Shown: in pieces, positions 8,164 through 16,625 of the stretch
How the letters are laid out: each line of letters starts with the position of its first letter
How positions within the stretch are numbered: the first letter of the stretch is position 1
Virus record (IMG/VR): IMGVR_UViG_3300017766_003306
Location: 69,587-99,915 of that record
Direction: 5' to 3' (one strand)
Length of the DNA: 30,329 nucleotides
DNA from: a virus
Lineage: Duplodnaviria > Heunggongvirae > Uroviricota > Caudoviricetes
Notes under the pieces: model-generated
What the model was told of the DNA's origin: nothing
Seen by the model: the letters and a program-made list of their open reading frames with translations, nothing else
Databases searched by the model: none
Translations under genes and position numbers: made by a program

Positions 8164-9552
8164 TTATGCTGTAACAGACAATGTACCCAAACATCCAATC
8201 GCATAAGTAGAGATTGACGTAAGGCTTGAGGGGGTAGACAGTGTGTAAGCTGTAGGAGACAACCCTTCTAAATTAGTAGATGTCGTTATGACTCCTCTTA
8301 GCGTGTCTGTATCTACACTTTCTCCTACAGATAACGACGAAAAATAAGACTGTATGTTAGACGCTACAGCACTTATCAAGCTTGCATTGTTTGGTAAAAA
8401 CCCAGTAACCGATACGTTTATAGTTGTGTATGTATGATTTATAACCTCTATTCCGTTAGGGGCTGTACCTATAGGGGCTAAAGCATTTATAAATGTTTCT
8501 ATCGTAGATAGATCACCCCCTGCGACAGTACGCTGAGCTGATGTGTTCCCGTTTTTAGAGACATAGATAGTAGCGAATGCGGGGTCAGGGTATCCTTGTC
8601 TAACTGTGATTACTGGATACAAAGAAGAATACTCATCTAAGATCAAGTCTTTGACATCATTTTTATTAAATCTAGTATACACAGAGCTAAACTTAGAGAC
8701 TACTTTATCCCTAAACTCTGCATCTGTCTCTGTAGATCCTCCCCCAATGATGCCCGAGTACCAAACTCTACCACTCTCTTCTATGCCTGTTATATTGTTT
8801 GAGAGGATCAATACTGCCCCTGAAGATTTATTCCTATCTTCTGTATACTCCTCTGATTGTACTTTTACTTTAGCTAAGATTGTAGATACAGAAATTGCAG
8901 AAGGTACAGGCTCAGTGAGTCCCGCAATAGGTACATCAAACTTGATCGTTTGAGCATCTATTACAGTAATAGTCTTTACGCCGTTATATGAAGGGTTTAC
9001 ACTACCTGCTATAGTGACTGCTAGCCCTGAATAGAATCCATGATCTGTAGCCCCCCCTGTAAGCGTAAGCCCTAGAATTACAGAGTTCCCGATAATACTT
9101 ATAGTAGATGCTGAGTATGATACTGACGAGCTTGTAGCTATGTCTAAAGACGTATAGACTGCATTATCTAAAGATGTAAACTCAGACCCCGAAGGAATAA
9201 CTAAACCCCCCGACTCTGCAAGTAGGGAAATCCACCCAATAGCGGGGGTGTTTTCTTTTCTAGTCACTCCCTTTATAACTGCCCACGGCTCTATATATGA
9301 AGAGCTTACTGTAGGGAGTAGTAAGTTTACAATCAAGAATCTCATTGCAAAGTACCAGTCATACAGACGGCTTGAGAATGCAAGTATTTCTATATAAGTA
9401 ATATCACTAGGGGATATAAACGAGTATTCTTCTTTATTTACGTCAATGAAAGATGCTCTAAAATCAGAGATCATTTTCTCAGCAATAGAAGCTTCACTGC
9501 TAGGGAAGATACTATCTAAAGCGACATTCATTTTTTGGGTTGTACTTACCAT
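8164..9552 (-). CDS. Baseplate J-like / Mu gp47-like wedge protein with an inserted beta domain
   Basis: IEPWAVIKGVTRK..TPAIG, VIPSGSEF and GGGSTETDAEFRDKV are J-family signatures. Insert DHGFYSGLAVTIAG...YNG...ITV. Confidence 0.85.
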   Translation of the reverse strand: MVSTTQKMNVALDSIFPSSEASIAEKMISDFRASFIDVNKEEYSFISPSDITYIEILAFSSRLYDWYFAMRFLIVNLLLPTVSSSYIEPWAVIKGVTRKENTPAIGWISLLAESGGLVIPSGSEFTSLDNAVYTSLDIATSSSVSYSASTISIIGNSVILGLTLTGGATDHGFYSGLAVTIAGSVNPSYNGVKTITVIDAQTIKFDVPIAGLTEPVPSAISVSTILAKVKVQSEEYTEDRNKSSGAVLILSNNITGIEESGRVWYSGIIGGGSTETDAEFRDKVVSKFSSVYTRFNKNDVKDLILDEYSSLYPVITVRQGYPDPAFATIYVSKNGNTSAQRTVAGGDLSTIETFINALAPIGTAPNGIEVINHTYTTINVSVTGFLPNNASLISAVASNIQSYFSSLSVGESVDTDTLRGVITTSTNLEGLSPTAYTLSTPSSLTSISTYAIGCLGTLSVTA

Positions 9553-9584
9553 ATTTCCACCTGTATTCTTATTGCGTAGTTTCT

Positions 9585-10028
9585 CTATACTCTTAGTGTA
9601 ACGTCTACTCCGCTTACTGTGCGTACTGCCACTGCATACGAAGCAACTCCTGAACTCTTATCTACATCTACTGAAATACTTATAACAGAAAAGTACTCTG
9701 AGTATTCTTGAGCTTTAGCGTATATCTCTAATTTAGCTCTCTCAATTTGATCATTAGATCGTATTCTGCCCCTAGTGAGGGCGGGGAACTTACTCCCTAT
9801 GCTTGGGGATGGGAATACATAAGTCGGTATTGCGTTACCAAAGTATCCTGAATACTGATTGTTTGAAGTATCCCCCAATTCGCCTTCGATGTATAAGGCA
9901 TTTATGAAGTTGTGGAAAGCTCTATTTTGCACTTTTTCACTTTGCTTAGATCCAACAAATAGACCTAAATCAACATCAAGGACTTCTAAATTAGTATTGT
10001 GTTTTACGCCAACATATCTATAAATCAT
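9585..10028 (-). CDS. Baseplate wedge protein, Mu gp46-like
   Basis: SGYFGN....IGSKFPALTR...ERAKLEIYAKA resembles gp46 GWWGD..IGSRLWLL.R. Lies between the spike and J-like genes. Confidence 0.7.
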   Translation of the reverse strand: MIYRYVGVKHNTNLEVLDVDLGLFVGSKQSEKVQNRAFHNFINALYIEGELGDTSNNQYSGYFGNAIPTYVFPSPSIGSKFPALTRGRIRSNDQIERAKLEIYAKAQEYSEYFSVISISVDVDKSSGVASYAVAVRTVSGVDVTLRV

Positions 10029-10552
10029 ACGGCTTTACTCACACCCCCGCTAGTTATTGTCCCTGAGACTCCCCCTACGACTACAGTATCACCTACACGA
10101 GCTATAGGAGACCCTGCCCCTGCACTTCCTCCTATAGTGACTGCACCGCTATTTATTGAAACACTAGGGGCAGTCAGTGTAACCGCTCCGCTACAAGTAA
10201 CACTAGCTGTACCTAACACATCTACTTTAAGTAGACCTTTAGAATCTATGACTATCTCCCCTGTTGACTTTATCCATACATAAGACTTAGATACGGGGTT
10301 GTATACTGCTACATCGCCTGAAGGGAGCCATTTAGGGCGATTGTTTACGTCATCTATGAAAGCTAAAGGGTTATCTGACCCTTCTTCTCCGCTCCCTGTT
10401 ATTACAAATGCGTGGCAACCTTTAGGGGGATTAGAGTAGAATCCGTAGTTTTGAACTTGGGTAACGTCTAGTATCGCCCCATTACAATATGCAGAAGCGA
10501 TAGGGAATGTGTACCCTATATAATTCATTGCTTGAAGTATGGCATCATACAT
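10025..10552 (-). CDS. Baseplate central spike, Mu gp45-like
   Basis: QNYGFYSNPPKG...RPKWLPSGDVAVYN, then short beta-helix repeats and a C-terminal PIARVGD apex. GGAGG SD. Confidence 0.85.
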   Translation of the reverse strand: MYDAILQAMNYIGYTFPIASAYCNGAILDVTQVQNYGFYSNPPKGCHAFVITGSGEEGSDNPLAFIDDVNNRPKWLPSGDVAVYNPVSKSYVWIKSTGEIVIDSKGLLKVDVLGTASVTCSGAVTLTAPSVSINSGAVTIGGSAGAGSPIARVGDTVVVGGVSGTITSGGVSKAV

Positions 10553-10573
10553 AATCAGACCTCCGTAAGCTTG

Positions 10574-10582
10574 ATTATACCA
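10574..10582 (-). promoter_or_regulatory. Extended -10 promoter (TGGTATAAT) for the baseplate operon
   Basis: Minus strand reads GTGGTATAATCAAGCTTACGGAGGTCTGATTATG into the gp45-like start. Confidence 0.6.
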
Positions 10583-10626
10583 CGATAGGCTGATTGTAAA
10601 GCTGACTATGTAGCTGAAGTAGTATT

Positions 10627-10669
10627 AAAAAATGGGTCAGACAATTTACCTAAGTAAACCCGAACCCAT
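10627..10669 (-). terminator. Intrinsic terminator: long imperfect hairpin plus U6
   Basis: Minus strand ATGGGT-TCGGG-TTTAC-TTAG-GTAAA-TTGTCTG-ACCCAT-TTTTT. Confidence 0.7.
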
Positions 10670-10675
10670 CACTAT
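10627..10675 (-). ncRNA. Putative ~50-nt small RNA or attenuator leader
   Basis: Defined only by the strong promoter at 10710-10682 and the terminator that follows it. No ORF inside. Confidence 0.45.
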
Positions 10676-10681
10676 GCATTC

Positions 10682-10710
10682 ATACTAACAGAATCGTATA
10701 CGCTTGTCAA
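10682..10710 (-). promoter_or_regulatory. Strong sigma70 promoter, leftward
   Basis: TTGACA (10710-10705), 17-nt spacer ending TGT, TAGTAT (10687-10682). Has both a perfect -35 and an extended -10 TG. Confidence 0.75.
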
Positions 10711-10738
10711 CTATTTATTTCTTTATATCGTCGTATAC

Positions 10739-10767
10739 TTGACTTATTCGACATATCGTAGTATGAT
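10739..10767 (+). promoter_or_regulatory. Sigma70 promoter, rightward
   Basis: TTGACT (10739-10744), 17 nt, TATGAT (10762-10767). Back-to-back with the leftward promoter. Confidence 0.75.
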
Positions 10768-10805
10768 TGTTTAGTAGATGATGAGAAAACTAAGGGACTT
10801 TATAG

Positions 10806-11486
10806 ATGAAGAAAAAAGACAGCAATGTCGTAAATGAGTACAATTTTTATTCTAATACTTTTGCAATGTTTAGAGAAGTCGAGACTCCTCTATCAATACC
10901 CGATCATTTAAGCTCTTGTGGTTCTGAATACTACCATGTCGAGGGGGGAGTTATCCGAACTTCTGATCATTGGGGATTAGCAGTAGGGAGCTGTGACTGG
11001 TTCTTGGAAGAGACTATACCTCACTTAGTGAGAAAAGGAATCTACAGAATTACTCTCCCCTACTCTATGTCAGGATTCTGTGCTTGGGAAGATTTCCTTA
11101 GAATACCTCCCTATAAGCAAAAGAGATATACAACGTATACTTCTACTTACCCTGTCGAAGTCCATAGCATCATAGAGCATTCACTCAGAACAAATGCGAT
11201 TAGATCAGAACATGAAGACTCTCCTAACTTCTATAGATCTCAGTTAGAGTCTTTATATAGAGCTAAGTCTTGCACAATTATTCATGCGACTGGGCATAGA
11301 AATAGAACTACTACTCCACTATACACCCAACTAAATCCAACTACTCAAGAGTATAAAGGGGTAATTAAACAGCTCAACCCTACTATATGCGTTCTTGAAG
11401 ACTTTTCAGGGACATCCGTACATATCCCTTACGTCAATATACTTGGAGTGTACGATGGTGGGTATGGAAAAAAAAGAGTAAAGTAG
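10806..11486 (+). CDS. Hypothetical early protein (226 aa), inserted between structural operons
   Basis: Own promoter and AAGGGA SD. Contains a conserved-looking segment SEYYHVEGGVIRTSDHWGLAVGSCDWFL of unknown function. Confidence 0.75.
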   Translation: MKKKDSNVVNEYNFYSNTFAMFREVETPLSIPDHLSSCGSEYYHVEGGVIRTSDHWGLAVGSCDWFLEETIPHLVRKGIYRITLPYSMSGFCAWEDFLRIPPYKQKRYTTYTSTYPVEVHSIIEHSLRTNAIRSEHEDSPNFYRSQLESLYRAKSCTIIHATGHRNRTTTPLYTQLNPTTQEYKGVIKQLNPTICVLEDFSGTSVHIPYVNILGVYDGGYGKKRVK

Positions 11487-11646
11487 CGTCTATTTTCAAA
11501 GATGGGAAAGTGCCAAAACCTCCTACAAACTCTACATATAGAAGAATATGGGGGGAGTGGCGAGCGGTAAAACTCGACTCAATATCACAAAGCCTTTAAA
11601 CTTAGCCGATATTGACCTCGAAGACTTAGAAGATATGTACGGGTAA

Positions 11647-11997
11647 TTAAACGTATTTGGTGATTAGGGTTAAGTTCCCTAAAGATCCGTTAGCTGAGAT
11701 CTTTAATCCTCTATTTCTTTCACAGAAAACAAAATCTCCGATAAAATCAAGTCTAACTCCTGAAGTAACAGATGTAGCCCAAAGTACTATGTCGTTATCT
11801 GTATTTCCTGAATTACCCGATATAAACGAAAGAGTCCCTGAAGCACTAGGCACTAAGGAGAACCCGATAACTTGAACGTATTTGTCTTTATTTCTATCTG
11901 TAGGTACGGGGATAGCTAAAAACCCTGCTTCGTTAGTTAGCGTGATCTGCTGAGTTACTTTGTAATCTACTGCACATTGTGCTGAAATACTCGTCAT
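11647..11997 (-). CDS. Small beta-rich protein, probably virion-associated or a fibre assembly factor
   Basis: AGGAGA SD, directly downstream of the tail fibre gene, alternating beta-strand pattern. Confidence 0.55.
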   Translation of the reverse strand: MTSISAQCAVDYKVTQQITLTNEAGFLAIPVPTDRNKDKYVQVIGFSLVPSASGTLSFISGNSGNTDNDIVLWATSVTSGVRLDFIGDFVFCERNRGLKISANGSLGNLTLITKYV

Positions 11998-12015
11998 AAT
12001 AATTTCTCCTATACA

Positions 12016-13617
12016 TTAGACTTGAATCTGATACCCTGTTACTGAGACATCTACGAATAAGTTACTTGAAGTTGTAGACATCTGAAACTCCCTATTAGAG
12101 TCGATAGGGAGAGTCATTATATCCTCTACAGCTACCCCTATATCTGCTCTAGTGTATTTTTGAAAGTCTATACCTGTTTGGGACGTTACCCCTCTGAATG
12201 CGAGCCAAAAATCACCTGCGGTAGATCCTGAACGTCTATACACATAGATGTCTGCTTCTGTAGCCCCTACGGGGACAAGGCTAGACAAATCAAACGTCGT
12301 AAAGTTCGTTATTACTGAATCGAATACGTTGACGTTAGTCCCTACTCTATTATCTGTCTGACCTGTTTGTATAGTTTGGTTCCATGAAGGCTCAAACCCA
12401 CCTTGAAAAGCACGTTTCCAAGCTTTATGGTATTTAATCTTAGCAGATCGACTATTCCACTCGCTCACTGTGAAGTTGATAATATCAGACGACGCATTTG
12501 TTCTCAGAGCTAAAGGTAATTGAACGACCTTCTGAGATATTCCGCCTATAGTGATAGTATTTTGATTTGTTCCTGTTGACGCTATTAAACCGCCCGAGTA
12601 TGCGTAAAGATAATACCAAGAATTAGGAGCTACAGTCAGTCCGTCTGCTAATCCATTAGCTCCGCTAGTAGATAGATCTAATAGTCTAGTAGCGTTACTC
12701 AACTCTATGTTAGTCGTATTGTCTCTACTTCTACCCGTAATAGCCCCACTAAACGTAACTATTTTAGGGGTTGAGGGACTAAAAGAAGGCACAGGGCAAT
12801 CTAAATATCCTCTAGGGTAGCGAGAGTTTGCATTGACCCAATTCTGAGTTGCCATTTTTACCCAAGCACCTATAGTCCCCGCACTTTTTCTACGGACGTA
12901 GATTTCTTCTTGGTTAACTAGATCTATCGCTAGTTGAGTCCATTCGTCAGAAGAAGTCCCATTAAATTGAACCCCTGCATAGAAGTTTCCTGAAACTGGT
13001 GTGTTTGTAGTGCTGTTGTTTGCTTTAAAAAGTCTTGAGCTTGTAATCGTATCGCAATCAGCTATAGACGACGAGAGCGTAGTTGCTCCTAATCCAAAAG
13101 TCCTTAATGTAGCTAATACGTCTTCTGAGAATTGTATTTTACGCCAAGATCCCGAACTCGTTATTATTCCTGAAGAGTTCCCTGTCACGGATCTAAAATA
13201 CGTCTCCCCTTGAGTACTAGAACTCGTAGAGTATGTCGTATAAACTTGAACCCCTGTCGTAGAAGATAATCGAGCATTGATGACGTTCCCCGCAGTAGCT
13301 ACAGGGGCATTGGAAGTAGACGACGCAACAGAGTATATACCTGTAGGCTTAATAGCATTTAAGTCTCCGTATGCTGTCATATTAGAAGACCCGACCCCGT
13401 AAAGCGTAGAAAAGTTTGAAATACTATAAGCAATCAACGCTAAAATAGCGTCCCTGACTTGCGTACCATTCATTACGTCGTCAATAGCCACAATACCCGT
13501 ATTGCTTGCAAGTATTAAGTTCTTTAGCTCATTGTAGACAGTATTATACTCATTGTCGTATAAGAATCGGATATTGGGGTCAGTGGATACATCTGATTTT
13601 TCGGGTACTATTTTCAT
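12016..13617 (-). CDS. Tail fibre protein
   Basis: Mu gp49-like N-terminal anchor (YNTVYNELKNLI....TQVRDAILALI). Two pyocin-knob-like repeats (DLNAIKPTGIYSV...TYFRS...WRKI; DCDTITSSRLF...IYVRRK...WVKM). S/T/G-rich. Confidence 0.8.
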   Translation of the reverse strand: MKIVPEKSDVSTDPNIRFLYDNEYNTVYNELKNLILASNTGIVAIDDVMNGTQVRDAILALIAYSISNFSTLYGVGSSNMTAYGDLNAIKPTGIYSVASSTSNAPVATAGNVINARLSSTTGVQVYTTYSTSSSTQGETYFRSVTGNSSGIITSSGSWRKIQFSEDVLATLRTFGLGATTLSSSIADCDTITSSRLFKANNSTTNTPVSGNFYAGVQFNGTSSDEWTQLAIDLVNQEEIYVRRKSAGTIGAWVKMATQNWVNANSRYPRGYLDCPVPSFSPSTPKIVTFSGAITGRSRDNTTNIELSNATRLLDLSTSGANGLADGLTVAPNSWYYLYAYSGGLIASTGTNQNTITIGGISQKVVQLPLALRTNASSDIINFTVSEWNSRSAKIKYHKAWKRAFQGGFEPSWNQTIQTGQTDNRVGTNVNVFDSVITNFTTFDLSSLVPVGATEADIYVYRRSGSTAGDFWLAFRGVTSQTGIDFQKYTRADIGVAVEDIMTLPIDSNREFQMSTTSSNLFVDVSVTGYQIQV

Positions 13618-13659
13618 ATTTTAAATCCTTTGATGGGGGTGAATACATCTCTATCTTAT

Positions 13660-13667
13660 AGTATAAT
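13660..13667. promoter_or_regulatory. Overlapping divergent -10 boxes between tail fibre and tail chaperone
   Basis: AGTATAAT gives TATAAT on + (13662-13667) and TATACT on - (13665-13660). No good -35 on either side. Confidence 0.4.
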
Positions 13668-13722
13668 ATATTTAAGCTCGAATTACTCATCTACTAAATA
13701 CTGAAAGGTTGCTACTATTATT

Positions 13723-14337
13723 ATGTCTAACTTCTCATACGCACTTACTAAACCTGTACGAGTCAATGTCGAAAATGAGACGGAAACAGAACTCCACGTC
13801 ATCTATTTTAAGTCTCCCGAATATAACCAAGTCGGCACGTTTATGAAATGCCAAAAGATTATGTCTGATGCTGTCAGTAAAGCTCAGAGAGTTAATCAGA
13901 TGGATATGCTCAAAACGATGAATGCTGAGACTGTAGAAAACATGAAGGGTATGGATAAGATAATAGAAGAGCTTAGAGCTATTGGCGGAATCTCTCAAGA
14001 GGAGATAAACAAAGGGCTTGAGAGAGCGAAAGCGAAGCAAACTGATCTTATTTCTTTAGAGCCTATTGATGCAGAAGAAGATAAGAAAAAAGAAGAAGCC
14101 TCTCACGAAGAGATTTTAGACGGATTTTATAGTCTAATCGTTCCTCATACTGATGAAAAAGCTTTACATGACTTGATCGCATACTTTAAAACTCTACTCA
14201 CTAAAAACTCGACTGCTAAAGTATTTTTCTCAGATAGCGATCTCAAGACACCTACGCCTGAAGTCTTAGGCAATTTAATTTCCCTTCAAGACCTTATCGG
14301 GATTTGTGCTTACTACTTACATTTTTTTACGAGGTAG
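13723..14337 (+). CDS. Tail assembly chaperone (lambda gpG / P2 gpE-type), 204 aa
   Basis: N-terminal YALTKPVRV...TELHVIYFKSP resembles the L..P....I.EL.LR.P start of myovirus chaperones. Ends in CAT TTT TTT ACG AGG TAG with an overlapping -1 ORF. Confidence 0.65.
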   Translation: MSNFSYALTKPVRVNVENETETELHVIYFKSPEYNQVGTFMKCQKIMSDAVSKAQRVNQMDMLKTMNAETVENMKGMDKIIEELRAIGGISQEEINKGLERAKAKQTDLISLEPIDAEEDKKKEEASHEEILDGFYSLIVPHTDEKALHDLIAYFKTLLTKNSTAKVFFSDSDLKTPTPEVLGNLISLQDLIGICAYYLHFFTR

Positions 14338-14585
14338 GGAAGCTAGCCTTTGAGGGGGTTCCCTTGAGTTCTGATAATTCAGAAAGCAACTCTAAGACCC
14401 CCTCTAAATTAGTCTCCCTAGAGATTCTGTATTTAAAGTCTGCCTATATGAGTAAAGGGGCAGTGACTTTTGAGTTCCTACTTAAATGCCCGATATACAA
14501 AGCGATAAAATACTGTTTTAGTATTATGGAGATGCGAGTAGAAGAGAGTAAAAGCATCGAAAGCTCTATCAAGTCTGCTATGTAG
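14322..14585 (+). CDS. -1 frameshift extension of the tail chaperone (GT-type product, about 287 aa)
   Basis: Heptamer T TTT TTT at 14322-14328 is correctly phased. The -1 frame is open to 14585. Stem AGGGAA (14336-14341) / TTCCCT (14359-14364) begins 7 nt downstream. Confidence 0.65.
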   Translation, partial: FFYEVGKLAFEGVPLSSDNSESNSKTPSKLVSLEILYLKSAYMSKGAVTFEFLLKCPIYKAIKYCFSIMEMRVEESKSIESSIKSAM

Positions 14586-14601
14586 CTTGTCTATAAATAG
14601 C

Positions 14602-14630
14602 TTGACAAAATAAATATAGTCGTCTATACT
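14602..14630 (+). promoter_or_regulatory. Sigma70 promoter for the replication operon
   Basis: TTGACA (14602-14607), 17 nt, TATACT (14625-14630). Confidence 0.85.
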
Positions 14631-14665
14631 TGATATATAGCAGTTATTTTGAGAGGGATGCTTGT

Positions 14666-15316
14666 ATGTCTGAGTCGAGATTCAAATTATTTGAATCTGA
14701 ATACTTCAATTATAGGGAAGAGTTCAAGAGTATTTTAGAAGAGAGTGCTTCATCTATTTCTGATGCTGAGAGAGTTGGGTATGTGTCTATATCTAATCTG
14801 TATAGCTCATTATCGAGATCTCTATTTGAGATGTCTTACGATGAAGACGAAGGCGGAGATAGGGTCTTTAGATGTAAGCCTGATACCCCCGCTATATTTA
14901 GAAACTCTATGTGGATGAATAAACGGGTAGAGAAGCTCTCTGACTATCCCCAATTCTTAACATTCACTTGTGTAGATTTTTGTAACAATAAGATCCCTTT
15001 AGATAAACTTATACCCGAGCATCTAATAGAAGATCAGCCTGACGGCAGTATTTGGGGATATATAAAATTAGATGGTAAGACGTTTGGCGTACCTGTAGAG
15101 TGTATCGCTAGAGAGTATGTCTATATAATGCACACACAAGACGATATAGACGAGTACGCATTCTCTATTCTAATGAAAGCTATTGAACATTTAGAAGATA
15201 GTGAATGCTTTAACAATGCCCGAGAAAAAGAAAACTCCCTAATCATGGGAAATATAATAAAAGGAGCAAAATCATGGGTGACTCACAACTTCCCAAAAGA
15301 GAAGACGCTATTGTAG
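14666..15316 (+). CDS. Hypothetical acidic protein (216 aa)
   Basis: Start reassigned to ATG 14666 (GAGAGGG upstream), because the track start at 14630 lies in the promoter -10 box. Confidence 0.7.
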   Translation: MSESRFKLFESEYFNYREEFKSILEESASSISDAERVGYVSISNLYSSLSRSLFEMSYDEDEGGDRVFRCKPDTPAIFRNSMWMNKRVEKLSDYPQFLTFTCVDFCNNKIPLDKLIPEHLIEDQPDGSIWGYIKLDGKTFGVPVECIAREYVYIMHTQDDIDEYAFSILMKAIEHLEDSECFNNAREKENSLIMGNIIKGAKSWVTHNFPKEKTLL

Positions 15317-15996
15317 TCTCCGTAGACTTAGCACTGAATAGATCTGCATTTATAGTTCAAAGATGTATAAATGGTATCCCAGTATTGGACGCTGAGGGTG
15401 TTTCGGGTATTGTAGGATTAGCTGAATTAGCTGATTGTGCTACATGGGAGGACAAGACTACGGCTCTATTAGAACATATCGTGAATGCGTGTATTGGGAA
15501 GCACTACGATGGAGAAGCCTCTTTACATATTCTTGTAGAAGGATTAGTACACACGGCGTTAAAAGGTGGAAACAATAAGCACTTGCTTCAAGGGAGAGGG
15601 TCTTTATTGTACTCTTTGAAACAAGTTTTAAAATCTGCGTATGGGGATAAAATCTCTATCATTGAATCTCCTGTATTCCTAGCTAAGCAATTGTCAGCAG
15701 GTGCAGGTAATTCTACAAAACTACAAGTATTTGATGCTGTACTTACCTACATAGAGGATCGTACTAATGTTCTTTTTAGTCATGTAAAGTATTCTAAGTC
15801 TAAAGGGTTCATCAAGACAGATACAGTTATATCTCTAAAAGAGTTACTTAACTCCCCTCACAACTTGCCTAAGAATAAAGAAGCAAAGAATCCCCAAAGA
15901 TTTGATATTAGCGATGCTCTATCTATACATAACGTAAACTTAAAACTATTGAGCGGTTCATTAGTAGGAGCTAAAGTATCTAATGTCTTTGCCTAA
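15274..15996 (+). CDS. RuvC-like Holliday junction resolvase
   Basis: VVSVDLALNRS (first Asp), ILVEGL (Glu), GAGNSTKLQV, FDISDALSI (DxxD). Confidence 0.75.
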   Translation: MGDSQLPKREDAIVVSVDLALNRSAFIVQRCINGIPVLDAEGVSGIVGLAELADCATWEDKTTALLEHIVNACIGKHYDGEASLHILVEGLVHTALKGGNNKHLLQGRGSLLYSLKQVLKSAYGDKISIIESPVFLAKQLSAGAGNSTKLQVFDAVLTYIEDRTNVLFSHVKYSKSKGFIKTDTVISLKELLNSPHNLPKNKEAKNPQRFDISDALSIHNVNLKLLSGSLVGAKVSNVFA

Positions 15997-16570
15997 TTTG
16001 CCTACTCTGACTTCAAATATGCTCTTATTTTCCCCATATTCTTATGTCGCTACGGAAGATTGGATCTCAGATTCTACGACGATAGAAGAAAAGAAGCTTG
16101 CTAAAGACATCATAACTGATGCAATAGAGAGCTTACAGCGTAGCGAGACTGATACCTCTCAGCCCATTTATTGCCAAATATATGTACTAGAACTTCCTGA
16201 GTCAAGCTCATACTCTAATGTAATCTCTTTACTTAGGTCTGTATGTACTGGAAAATTGGGGTGCATAACGCTTATGGGTATACATCGAGATATTCTTGAT
16301 TGTGGGTACAGAGTTTTAGACGTTGCTGATATGTTAGCAACAACAAAGCTTAGGGATTCTAGCAGTGTTTGTTTTTTCTTCCCAACCCTTTATGACTTAG
16401 AGAGTGCAAACTCAGATCCTTTAAAAAAGCTAATAACTCGGCTAGCTTCTTCTGATCACTTACACCCACTTTATTTAGTCTTAGGGTGTACGCCTGACGC
16501 TATAACTAGCTTAAAACGTACACACAGCTTACCCAACGTTCATTTTTTATCAAGCACTGTAGCAGAATAG
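15983..16570 (+). CDS. Hypothetical protein, possibly a degenerate DnaC-like helicase loader
   Basis: Sits immediately before DnaB and has an alpha/beta pattern, but no intact Walker A. The loader call is positional only. Confidence 0.35.
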   Translation: MSLPNLPTLTSNMLLFSPYSYVATEDWISDSTTIEEKKLAKDIITDAIESLQRSETDTSQPIYCQIYVLELPESSSYSNVISLLRSVCTGKLGCITLMGIHRDILDCGYRVLDVADMLATTKLRDSSSVCFFFPTLYDLESANSDPLKKLITRLASSDHLHPLYLVLGCTPDAITSLKRTHSLPNVHFLSSTVAE

Positions 16571-16625
16571 AGTTATTGCCTAACCAATTTCAATATCTAC
16601 ATTACACACAGTTTAGGAGTTAAAT

